The notes beneath the pieces are model-generated. The model worked only from the letters and a program-made list of their open reading frames with translations. It was not told the origin of the DNA and searched no databases. Of a stretch of 64,000 nt of DNA, positions 30,005 to 43,116 are shown one piece after another. The position numbers and the translations under genes are program-made. Source of the stretch: Octopus vulgaris (taxonomy: Eukaryota); NCBI GenBank assembly GCA_951406725.2, contig OX597839.1:14074001-14138000 (forward strand). The letters run 5' to 3'. The first letter of the stretch is position 1. Each line of letters opens with the position of its first letter.

Positions 30005-30905
30005 AAATATGTAACCACTACAAAATCAGCACTGCTGCTTACTGGTATGAACATCATCCTGAGTCAGTCGTTGAGGGTTAAAATGTCACTAGCCTCTGGG
30101 ATTTTCCCGTCAACACCAACAGAACGATCCAGGGTAATCGACCAGACATAGTAATTAAAGACGAAGAAGAATATTCTTGTAGACTAATAGATGTAAGTGT
30201 TCCCACTGATAAAAATATATCTATAAAGGAATTTGATCACCGTGATCACCGTGACCGATCAGGCTATCAGATGTTGCTACATATCGCTGGTCACAATGCG
30301 CTTCGCATTGTTTTAGCCTTCAAATGACGCCACCCCGCTGGCTGAGCGAGCAGGCCAACAGGAGAAAGAGCGAGAGAAAGTTGTGGCGAAAGAGTACGGT
30401 AGGGATCACCACTTACCCCTGCCGAAGCAGGCCCGGTCTGGGAATCGAAACCGCAATCCTACAACTGCGAGTCCGCTGTCCTAACCACTGGGCCATTGCA
30501 CCTCCACAAAGGAATTTGATAAACAAAGTAAATATAAGGACCTGGAAAATGAAATAATAAAAGGTGTGGCATCTTAAAGCGAGAACTGTTCCTGTTATTG
30601 TGGGTTCTCTAGATATGACAAGAAAGGGATGTCAGAAACATCTAGATAATATCTCGGAAGAATCATGTCTCAGAGAAATCCGAAAGACTGTGCAGACAAG
30701 TACTGCCCAAATCCTTAGAAAAACCCTATAAGTTTCAATGTATGCCTTGTATTACATTAAGGTATGCCGCTACTGCGCCTGCTACTTCCCCTCTGTAAGC
30801 TTTCAGTTACACTGTACCATCTATTATCCTTCACTCGCCCTAGGACGCTGAGTGTGTTCCGGAGAGTGATTGTAACAAACATGCAGATTAAAAGTAAATA
30901 AATAA
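30005..30905 (+). mobile_element. 5'-truncated R4/Dong-like element (restriction-like endonuclease end), interrupted by a SINE
   Basis: WYEHHPE...WDFPVNTNRTIQGNRPDIVI...LIDVSVP...KEFD [SINE] KQSKYKDL...VPVIVGSL; bounded by (AAT)-type repeats. Confidence 0.8.
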
Positions 30906-31001
<96 letters not shown>

Positions 31002-31002
<1 letters not shown>

Positions 31003-31452
31003 TTGTCCCAATCGATATAAACGTATCTGTCAAGATCTACCAGAAACTGCGCAAATATAAAGATCTGGAAATAGAAATCAGCAAAATGTGGAACCTGAAG
31101 ACTAAAACAATACCTGTTGTCATAGGTGCCCTGGGAATGATAGCAAAAAGGGCTGATTGCTACCTAACTCAGATACCAGGAAACCCAAAAATGGCAGAAA
31201 TTCAAAAGATAGTGCTCAGGGGAACTGCTCATATCCTACGCAAAATACTTTCTATGTAATCTCAAGTTTAAAAAAAAACATAATTTTCGTATGGTTTTTT
31301 AGGCATTCACTAGTACAACACTAAGTACAAAACCAAATATATGGCACCCTAGGCATAACACCAACACGAACTTCCAACTTGTTGTCTCTTGAGGTCTCTG
31401 GGTGAGACTTGGAGCCAGCTTGTGCAAATGTAAAGCAAAAGTCAAACACAGA
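31002..31452 (+). mobile_element. 3' end of an R4/Dong-like element inserted in (AAT)n
   Basis: IVPIDINVSVKIYQKLRKYKDLEIEISKMWNLKTKTIPVVIGALGMI...TAHILRKILSM* plus 3' UTR, with (AAT)n on both sides. Confidence 0.82.
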
Positions 31453-32833
31453 ATAATAATAATAATTCTTTCTAGGCATGAAATTTGTGGGGAGGGTGAT
31501 AGTCAATTACATCGAACCCAGTGCGTAACAGGTACTTAATTTATCGACCCCGAAAGAATGAAAGGCAAAGTCGATCCCGGCGCCATTTGAACTCAGAACA
31601 CGAAGACAAAGAAATGCCACTAAGCATTTTGCCCCGCGTGCTAACGGTTCTGCCAGCTCGCAATTTAATAACAATAAAAACAAGAAGAACGGTAATAACG
31701 ATGATGATAATAATTCTTTCTACGAAAAACACAAGGCCTGAAATTTGTGGGGAAGGGTCTAGCCTGGTACTTAATTTATTGGCCCCGAAAGGATGGAAAG
31801 CAAATTATATTTCAGCGAAATTTGAACTCAGAACACGACGACGAAATGCCGCTAAGCAATTTGTCCGGGGTGCTAACAATTCTGAGGAAAAGGAGGAGGA
31901 GAATGAAGATGGCCAAAATGGTCAGTTTTATTTGTAACATAGCAAGGACAGTTTACAATTTGTGTAGAGTTTTATATACATATACACACATACGTGCATA
32001 CATACATACATGCATGCAAACATGCATACACACATACACACACATACATACATTCGTACATACATACACACACACACATATATATATACACACATACATA
32101 CATATATACATACATAATACGCATATATACGCACATACATACATATATACGTATGTACAGACACATACACACACATATATACATTCGTACATATATACAC
32201 ACACATATATATACACACACATACACAAATACATACATAGATATATACATACATATATACATACATACATACATACGCACATACACACACACATACATAC
32301 ATACGTATGTACAGACACATACACACACGCACACATACATACCTACATACATACCCACATACATAAATACATGCATGCATGCAAACATACATACATAAAC
32401 ACATACATACATTCGTACATACATACATACACACACATACATATATACATACACACGCACATACATGCATACACACACATATATACATACATATGCACAT
32501 GCATATACATATACATATATGTGTGCATACATATACACATATGTGTGTATATGCATATATGTATATAGATCTACACGGTTTCTGCGGCGTAAGTGTTCCA
32601 CTCAGCTGGACGGGATGCCAGACCATCGCAGCGTTACTCAAGAAACAAAAAGAGAGAGTGGGAGAAAGTTGAGGCGAAAGAGTACAACAGGGGTCGCCAC
32701 CACCCCCTGCCGGAGCCTCGTGGAGCTTTTAGGTGTTTTCGCTCAATAAACACACACAAAGCCCGGTCTGGGAATCGAAACCGCGATCCTCCGACCGCGA
32801 GTTCGCTTCCCTAACCACTGGGCCATTGCGCCT

Positions 32834-32870
<37 letters not shown>

Positions 32871-33725
32871 TACATATATATGTATAAACATCTTTTAAAA
32901 TTGCATTTTCAAACCTTTCATATATAATTCCACTCGTGCGGTACCTTACAACTCCACTTTGTTAAATATATATGTATATACATGTGTGTGTGTATGTATG
33001 TATGTATGTATGTATGTATGTATGTATGTATGTATGTATGTATGTATGTATGTATATATGTATGTATGTATGCATGTATGTATGTATGATTGTAAGTATG
33101 TATGCATGTATGCATGCATGCATGCATGTATAAGGGATATCCTGGTTACAGTGGAAAAAAAGCAAGCCATCGAATTTTGTCAAAAAGAGACGGTGAGCTA
33201 GACCTAGAAAAATATTGAGTGAAGTCTAGTAACCAGTTGCTCTAGCAAGCTGGACCGCATCTCAGCGAGCGGGATGCTAGCGGTGCCCATTAATGCCGTC
33301 GAGAGGAAGGTCCCGAAACGGCGTGCAATCTCTCTTGATGATCCCCAGCTCCCTCATAAATCTGGTAGCGTCCGGCATGGGGAGCTTTCGGTTTTGCTGC
33401 CCTTACAACTTGTAAGTTGTTTGCAAACAAAGTGATACATAACAGTATAAGGAATAGTGGCGGGACAATCCCATCAGAGCAACCGGTTACATATTTTTTT
33501 TTAATTCTTTTGTTCTCGTCCTTGTTTCAGTCATTTGACTGCGGCCATGCTGGAGCACTGCCTTTAAAGATATTTTTTAGGCCTAGTACTTATTCTATCG
33601 GTCACTATTGCTGAATCGCTACGTTACGGGGACATAAAAATACCAACACCGTTTGTCAAGCGGTGATGTGAGGACACAGACACAAAGACTTACACATACA
33701 CACACACACATATACATACATATTG

Positions 33726-33764
<39 letters not shown>

Positions 33765-34318
33765 GTTTGTGTGTCTGTGCTTGTCCCCCCCTCAAACATC
33801 GCTTATGTCCCCGTAACTTAGTGCTTCGGCAAAAGGGACCGATAGAATAAGTACTAGGTTTACAAAGTATAAGTCCTGGGGCCGATTTCCTCGACTAAAA
33901 GGTGGTGCTCCAGCATGGCCGCAGTCAAATGACTGAAACAAGTAAAAGAGTATATATATATATATATACACACACACATATATATCGAGAGAGAAAAGGA
34001 GAGAGTTAGAGGACAGGTTTCTTTCTGTTTCCATCTACCAACTCCATAAATAAAGTTTTCGTCGGGACGGGCTCTAGTAGAAGGCACTTAGCCTAAGAGC
34101 CACGCAGTGGGATTGAACGCAGAGCTATGTGGTTGTGAAGCAAGCTTCTTAACCACACAGCCACGCCTGCTCTTCATAATGATCTAGTTAGCATTTTTTT
34201 TATACAAAACAAAATTTGTAAGTTCTGGTCACTCAGTGACTTTGGTTAATGGTAAGGCAATCCCGAGGAGCTGAAATTTCGTGCAGAGAAAGTAACCTGT
34301 TAACGCGGTCTTTACAAA

Positions 34319-34682
34319 TCTCTCTCTATATAAAGCTGAAGTTGTCTGTGTATTATCTCCTCCGAGATCCTGCGGCGCAAGTTGACCAAAATTGAGAGTA
34401 TGATAGAAGAAGGCTTGCTCTTCCTTCCGTAGAAGAAAAATTTCAAATCGGACCATGTTAACACCAAAAATTATTTACACCAAAAAGGTGCTTTTTTTCT
34501 TTGAAAATCCTTAATTTTTATGATTTTTTAACTGCTGTGTCACCATTTTTCGGTGTATTTCAACCAGAAACATGTTCACTTAAAGAGAATAACAAGCTAC
34601 ATAATGCAACATTATTACTTTTCAAAAATTCCAAGTCAAAAAAGTCAAAACAAACCCGAGCAACGCCGGGCGATACTGCTAG
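34319..34682 (+). mobile_element. Non-autonomous Helitron-like element
   Basis: 5' TC start after A, 3' hairpin + CTAG followed by T. Confidence 0.78.
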
Positions 34683-35471
34683 TACTAAATAAGCAGAACA
34701 ATAATTCATGCGAGTATTTTTGAAAGTACCGCATGTAGTTGTTGTTATCTAAATTCCAGCTGTGATGTATTTTCTCTGCTTTTCTTTTGTCTTCGAACCC
34801 AGTTCCTTCTTTAAGGCAAGATTTAAAGAGATATCGTAAGCATGTTGTGTATGAATATTTTGTATACATGTATGTATGTATGTTTGTGTGTCTGTACACG
34901 CATTGAGTCGAACCAAGGGCAGCTGATGAAGGGGAATTTTCCTTGTATTGTTCGTCTTGTACTCTGTTTTTTCGTTGTTAAAAAAAGTCTGTTTCCTTGT
35001 TTGATTTTATGTTTTCGTTTCTCGTTGTGTTCTACGTTTATTTGTGGTGTCCCCTACTCATATATGCATGTATATATACATATAGATGTAGGTATGTACA
35101 TATATGTATGTATGCATGTTTTATTTATTAAATTGTTATATATATATATGTTTATATACATGCATACATATATATATGTGTGTATATATATATATTTATT
35201 AATTTATGTATTTATATACATATATCTATATGCACACATACATACATGTATGTATGTGTGTGTATGTATAATTAAACTCCATTTCGGTACTGAATTTCGA
35301 AATAGAGCTTGTTTGTAAGATCTAACGATTATATATGTACGTGTGCACGTACACCTGTGTGTGTCTATACATCTATCTACGCAGGCATGTGTATGTATAT
35401 ACACACACACACGCAGGCTAATACATGTGTGTGCAACAAGTATGTATATCTTCATGCATGTGTGCATATAC

Positions 35472-35526
<55 letters not shown>

Positions 35527-35734
35527 CAAATACATACATACATATACATATTTATATACTTGCAAGCACACCTGTATACATACATGTCGGTGTGCGTATG
35601 CGAGCGTGTACGCAATAATGGATAAATAAAAATGCTACAAAATACAATAAAATAATAATATAAAATGAAATAAAACAAACCATCCTGTCCAGACTCCCAA
35701 AATTCCAAGCTCTAAACAATATATGTTTACTTAC

Positions 35735-35943
35735 CTCATGAAAGTAACAGTGCCAACTTTCGCGATGTCGTTCTGAAGAATTAACCAAGATTTTCGCAGA
35801 AGTTTTTTCTGATCCTCGGTCAAATTCTCAGGTTCTTCTTCGTCCTCAATATTTTCCAAAGGATCTACATCCTCGCATGCTGTTTGTGGCGAATTGCTAT
35901 TCTGGGGCCCAGTCATTTTGCTTTTCGAAGAAAAACACCCCAT
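35735..35943 (-). CDS. First coding exon of a globin X-like (N-acylated, membrane-bound) globin
   Basis: Translates to MGCFSSKSKM...EEEPENLTEDQKKLLRKSWLILQNDIAKVGTVTFM(R). The A/B-helix pattern LT..Q...L..SW..LQ.DIAKVG...F.R matches globin X as I recall it. MGCxxS is a myristoylation (Gly2) plus palmitoylation (Cys3) motif. The exon is 209 nt and ends ATG AG|GTAAGT, a phase-2 donor at the conserved globin B12.2 intron position. Confidence 0.9.
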
Positions 35944-36010
35944 TTTGAAACATATATATATATAAATATATGTGTGTGTGTGTGTGTATATAAATATATA
36001 TGTGCGTGTG

Positions 36011-36042
<32 letters not shown>

Positions 36043-36043
36043 A

Positions 36044-36102
<59 letters not shown>

Positions 36103-36303
36103 TGTATGTATGTATGTATGAATGAATGAATGTATGTATGTATATATGTATGTGTTTATGTATATATGTATTTATGTATATGCGTACATATATCTATATG
36201 TACTTTAGTATAAGTATGCATGCATGCATGTATATATATGTGTGTATATACGCTTTCTTTTCTTGTTTTTCTTTTTTTTTCCGATCCCGTTATCACTTTG
36301 AAT

Positions 36304-36340
<37 letters not shown>

Positions 36341-37917
36341 TTATATGTATCCCTGCCTATTTATAAAGTCTTTAACAAAAACTGGCGGTTTTATAAATAA
36401 AGAATTTCCAAAAAATATAAAAATGATATTTATTCAAATGTTTTGCCTAAATTTCTTCCCTGGCATCATAACAAAAATTGCGCTTGATACTCCGTCTATA
36501 GTCATCTTGTTTGGCTTATAATTGCAGTTGTTGTTATTATTGCTGTTGTTGCTGCTGCTGTTGCCGCTGGTGGTAGTACTTTTGCCGAGTAAAAATGATT
36601 CTATGATGCCTTGTTTTTTTGTATAAGGTTTGGCTGTTTTAAAAGAAATGTTTGCATCAAATCTTGTTGGCTCTCTCTGGTTCTCCAACAACCAACTCAC
36701 TGCTCTCACCTTCTCTCTCTCACTCACTCGCTCACTCACTCGCTCACTCACTCGCTCACTCACTCGCTCACTCGCTCACTCACTCACTCGTTCACTCACT
36801 CACTATTTCTTCTCTCTCGCTATCATCTCTCACACTCGTTACTTATATCATGCATGTATGCATGTGTGCGTCCGTGTATGTTCTGTATGTTCATAAAAAT
36901 CTTCCTTTTCTCACATTCTTCACACACTCACACACATACATATACAAACATACAGCCACTCATACACACACTCACACACATTCATATGCAAACACACAGC
37001 CACTCATACACACACGCACACACATACAAACATACAGCCACTCACACACACGTACATATACAAACATACAGCTACTCATACACACACGGACACACATACA
37101 TATACAAACATACAGCCACTCATACACACACGCACACACTCACACACATACATATACAAACATACAGCCACTCATACACACACGCACACACAAATACACA
37201 TAGACTTTATCCCTTCTCTCTCACTCTCTGTCTCTCTCGCTCACACCCTTCCTCTCTCTTTGTTTCTCTGTCTCTCTCGCTCACAGCCTCTCTCTCTCTT
37301 TGTCTCTCTGTCTCTCTCGCTCACACCCTCCCTCTCTCTTTGTCTCTCTGTCTCTCTATTTGTCTTTCTTCCTCGCTTCCCTCACTCGTTTTTCAAACGG
37401 CTGCTACGTCGGCAATGGATATAAGTTCTACCAAACAGACAACACAACTAAAGAGAAGCAGACAAACAACAAGAATTCATCAAATCCAAAGAAAATAGCA
37501 TCAACTAAACAAAATAATACATCGACCGTCTGCAAACGACCAGTTGCTCAAACATGAAAGCACAGAGGAAGGAGGAGGAGGAGGAGGAAGACAATAACAG
37601 AAGGAGGAGGAGGAAGACAATAACTGAAAGAGGAGGAGGAAAGAAACGAATGAAGCGAGCAGGAAGGTGGAGGCTAAAGATGGAGTAGGATTCAGAGTAG
37701 CAGAGATGGTGGCTTTATAATGAGGGATGGGAACGGGAGTTGTAGCAGGAGTTGGCAGTGATTTGTATTTACATTGAATTAAAACCAAAACATGATTGTT
37801 TATATTGTTCGCGAGGTTATAGGCAGCACGGACAAGAGCCAGGCTGGAGCACGATTATAATTAATCGGTTATTCATGTATGTGCGTGCGTGCATGTGTGC
37901 GTGCATGTGTGTGTGTT

Positions 37918-37949
<32 letters not shown>

Positions 37950-37971
37950 CGTGTATACTTACATAGATGGA

Positions 37972-38450
<479 letters not shown>

Positions 38451-38471
38451 GGTATACACACACACACACAC

Positions 38472-38513
<42 letters not shown>

Positions 38514-38521
<8 letters not shown>

Positions 38522-38813
38522 GTTGTATGCTGTCAATCTAACACGAACGTGACAGTAGGGGGTACACCGCTGTTTAGCCCTAGGAAGCATCGACGCCTCC
38601 TGATGGCTTTGACACATTTTTCCTGTGACCTTATATACATTTACGAAGGGGAGACAAACACCCCCTTGTCTCCCCTTCGTAAATGTATATAAGGACACAG
38701 GAAAAATGTGTCAAAGCCATCAGGAGGCGTCGATGCTTCCTAGGGCTAAACAGCGGTGGTGTAACCCCCTACTGTCACGTTCACGTTAGATTGACAGTAT
38801 ACAACCATTCTAT
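38514..38813. repeat. ~300-bp near-perfect palindrome
   Basis: ~145-bp arms around an ACACCCCC loop, adjacent to (TA)n. Confidence 0.92.
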
Positions 38814-38873
38814 CGCCCCACCACCGTACATATCTCTATGAGAGATTTAGAAATTTAATATTTCTGATATATA

Positions 38874-40552
38874 TCTATATATATAAAACTCTAGTTGTGT
38901 GAGTGTCTGTCCCCTTCGATTTAGATTCCTAACTCCTCCCACATTTTGCGGTGCAGTTTAACCAAATTCGGGTATCTTATAGTCGTGATTCATATCGAGC
39001 CCGTCTACGATTTTAAAAATAATTTAACATCATTTTTTATTCCATTTTAATGCATAAAATGCATCGTATGTCGATGGCGGCGGAGTTGGCGTCCACGCTC
39101 ACAGCTGCACCTGTTTGCTTCTCCCCCTTCCCTCCCTCGTGAAGCTGTGGGGAAGTGAGTGTAAAGAAATCAACGTCGTAATGCGTTGTGAAGGAAACCA
39201 GCGTTCTTTTAGAACAACGACTTCATGGCTTGAAGACACCAAAACAAAAATGGCTAAGAAAGCCCGAATTTATAAGGGAAGTAACTCTCTAAAAATGCTT
39301 ATATAGTTATTTCCCTTACAAACCCGAGCAACGCCGGGCGATACTGCTAGTCTATATATATAAAACTGTAGTTGTGTGAGTGTCTGTCTCCTACGATTTA
39401 GATTCCTAACTCCTCCCACATTTTGCGGTGCAGTTTAACCAAATTCGGGTATCTTATAGTCGTGATTCATATCGAGCCCGTCTGGCTATTAGCGCGCGTC
39501 TACGATGAGTCTACGATTTAAAAAATAATTTACCATAATTTTTTTTCATTTTAACGCATATTTTTTCGTGTGTCGATGGCGGCGGAGTTGGCGTCCATGC
39601 TCACACCTGCACCTGTTTGCTTCTCCCCCTTCTTCCCTCCCTCGTGAAGCTGTGATGAAGGGAGTGTAAGGAAATCAACGTCGTAAAGCGTTGTCAAGGA
39701 GACCAGCGTTCTTTTAGAACAACGACTTCATGGCTTAAAGTCGCCAAAACAGAAATCGCTAAAAAAGCTGAAACAGATCCACAAAAACGGCAAAAACTGC
39801 CACACAGGGCAGGTTTCCTGTGCAAACAATTTGCACAACCGAATGTTTTAGTTGTTGCACAAATCTTTATATATAAAAGTGAAGTTGTGTGTCTGTCTCC
39901 TACGATTTCGATTCCTAACTACTCCCACATTTTGAGGTGCAGTTTAACCAAAAGCGGGTATCTTATAGTCGTGATTCATATCGAGCCCTTCTGGGTATTA
40001 GCGCGCGTCTACGATGAGTCTACGATTTTAAAAATAATTTACCATAATTTTTTTCCATTTTAATGCATTTTTTTGCTATTATATAAGGGAAGTAACTCTC
40101 TAAAAATGTCTACGATGAGTCAACGATTTAAAAAAATTTACTATAATTTTTTTTCCATTTTTAATGCATTTTTTTGCTATTTTGGAGCTATAACTCTCTA
40201 AAAATGCTTTATAGTTATTTCCCTTACAAATCCGAGCAACGCCGGGCGATACTGCTAGTTATATATAAAAGTGAAGTTGTGTGAGTGTCTGTCTCCTACG
40301 ATCTAGATTCCTAACTACTCCCACATTTTGCGGTGCAGTTTAACCAAAAGCGGGTATCTTATAGTCGTGATTCATATCGAGCCATTCTGGGTATTAGCGC
40401 GCTACGATGAGTCTACGATTTTTAAAAAATTACCATAATTTTTTCCCATTTTTAATGCATTTTTCACTATTATATAAGGGAAGTAACTCTCTAAAAATGC
40501 TTATATAGTTATTTCGCTTACAAACCCGAGCCATGCCGGGCGATACTGCTAG
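38874..40552 (+). mobile_element. Head-to-tail array of four non-autonomous Helitron-like units
   Basis: Units start TC(T)ATATATAAAA and end CCCGAGCAACGCCGGG-CGATACTG-CTAG (hairpin + CTAG): 38874-39350, 39351-~39863 (3' end missing), 39864-40258, 40259-40552. Confidence 0.82.
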
Positions 40553-40582
40553 TATATATATATATATGTATATATATATATG

Positions 40583-40637
<55 letters not shown>

Positions 40638-41111
40638 GCTTTAACTCTTTTACGTGTTTCAGTCATTTGACTGCAGCCATGCTGGAGCACCACCTTAAAA
40701 CAATCGACCCCAGGATGTATTCTTTGTAAGCCGAGTACTTATTCTATCGCTTCCCTTTTGTCGAACCGCTAGTTTACGGGAACATAAAAACACCAGCATC
40801 GGTTGTCAAGCAATGGTGGTTGGTGGGACAAACACAGACACAAAGACACACACATAAATATATGAGGAGTAGATAGAAAGCCGACAACTGATGAAGAGTC
40901 GTTCTTTACGTTACTTGTCCTGTTTTCATTTCCTCCTCTCTTGTTGTTTCCGTATTGAACTCAGTTGTTTTCATATTTCATGTTGTTTACTGTTGGTGAC
41001 GTCCTGTACCCATATATGCATATGTATATATATATACTTATATCCTTAAAAATGTTTTAGCCCGAAGGCCAATTGTATTCTTATCTTATATGTATTGAAT
41101 TTTAATGTATA

Positions 41112-41494
41112 CTAGCAGTATCGCCCGGCGTTGCTCAGGTTTGTAAGGGAAATAACTATAAAGCATTTTTAGAGAGTTATAGCCAAAAAATAGCAAAAAA
41201 ATGGGAAAAAAATGATGGTAAATTTTTTTTGAGGATTAAAAAAGGTGGAGTTGCGTCCCCTAGACGGTCTGTGGTTTGGGTTTCAGATTCTCGACCCCAT
41301 GTCGAATTTATCGATTTTTTCAGAACTGGGGGAACTTTTCAAAATTTTCGCTGCGTTAGTTTTGAATTATGACATTGGGCTATGTGTGTGTCAAGTTTCA
41401 TCAGAATCGGTTGAAAGCCGTGGTCAGAGTGAGGGTACGAGAAAACAGACACACAGAAAACGCACAGACAAACTGCCGTTTATATATAGAGAGA
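41112..41494 (-). mobile_element. Non-autonomous Helitron-like element
   Basis: Reverse-strand TC...hairpin-CTAG with the same 3' terminus as the array. Confidence 0.75.
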
Positions 41495-41657
41495 TATGTA
41501 TGTTATAGTTCTCGTTTTGTTGAATAAATAAGTCAACATTCTAATATCCTAAAGCTGATAAACCAACTAAATTGATTATCCATTTTCTTATTTGCATTAT
41601 ATATATACATATGCATATATATATATATATATATATATGCATATATGGAATATATGC

Positions 41658-41703
<46 letters not shown>

Positions 41704-42342
41704 GGGAAGACATTTGGCCCGAGGTGCCACACAGAAGGACTGAACCCAGAGGACTAACCCAGATAGACAGATAGATAGACAGATAGATAGATGGATGGAT
41801 AGATAGACATATACAAATATAGGCCGTCAGGGACAGACAGAAAGGCAATACAGCAAGGTAGATGGATAAAGAAAGGGAATTAGTGCTGGAGGTGTGTGTG
41901 TATTATATTCTTTTGTTCTTTTATTCTTTTACTGGTTTCAGTCATTTGACTGCGGCCATGCTGGAGCACCGCCTTTAGTCAAACAAATCGTCCTCAGGAC
42001 TTATTCTTTGTGAGCCTAGTACTTATTCTATCGGGCTCTTTTGCCGAACCGCTAAGTTACGGGGACGTAAACACACCAGCATCGGTTGTTAAGCAAACAT
42101 ATACAAACACACACACATACACACACACACACACATACACATACATATACATATATACGACGGGCTTCTTTTCAGTTTCCGGTCTACCAAATCCTCTCAC
42201 AATGCTTTGGTCGGCCAGAGACTGTAGTAGAAGAGACTTGCCCAGCGTGCCACGCAGTGGGACTGAACCCGGAACCATGTGGTTGGGAAACAAGCTTCTT
42301 ACCACACAGCCACTCCTGCGCCTATGCACATATGAATGCATG

Positions 42343-42378
<36 letters not shown>

Positions 42379-43025
42379 TGTGTGTGTGTGTGTGTGTGTG
42401 TGTATTCATGTAGATATATAATTATGCAGATATAATTATTATTAAAGGTACTGAGAAACAGAACCAACATGCTAGAAATAGACGTCAAAACCTAAAACCA
42501 CATTACGTACACCTTTAGCACTGGTAGAAAGTGAGGGAATAAATAAAAATGAATTAGCAATGTCTTTTTAGAGATTAGTTCTAGATCGAACGATTTCTGG
42601 CTTAACAATGAAAATTACTCTGCCTTCGTCAGTGGAATATACCGAAATAGTACATAAGTGCAAATATACAAACATACCAAATACGCACATACATAGGCAT
42701 ACATACATATATTCACCCGTATATACGAGGCCAATCTAGTTATTCCTCATCTCACCATGCTTTTTGATCAAAAAACTTACCGCAGTAAATATGGATTATG
42801 TTACATGCAGACCACCGATAAGATCGTTATTTTAATAATGATTTTATACTTATTTATGAATATATATATATATATAATCAAAGCAATTAAGATTCAAGTA
42901 AATTCCAATGAATTTACTTGAATGTGGTACTTAACTTAGATGCACCAGAAAAACTATATGGTGTTAACCATACAGTAATGTGGGGGTGATTAAAAACGAG
43001 AAAGAAGCAACAAGAATGGATTAGT

Positions 43026-43116
43026 TTTTAGTACAATTGTTTCATACAAAGACAGGCTTTATTACAAGTTGCAAAAATTGCAGCAGATAAAAGTGTCCCG
43101 TACTCATCAGCTAAAA
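43026..43116 (-). ncRNA. Type I hammerhead ribozyme (inverted copy)
   Basis: Reverse complement of 45380-45470. Confidence 0.82.
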
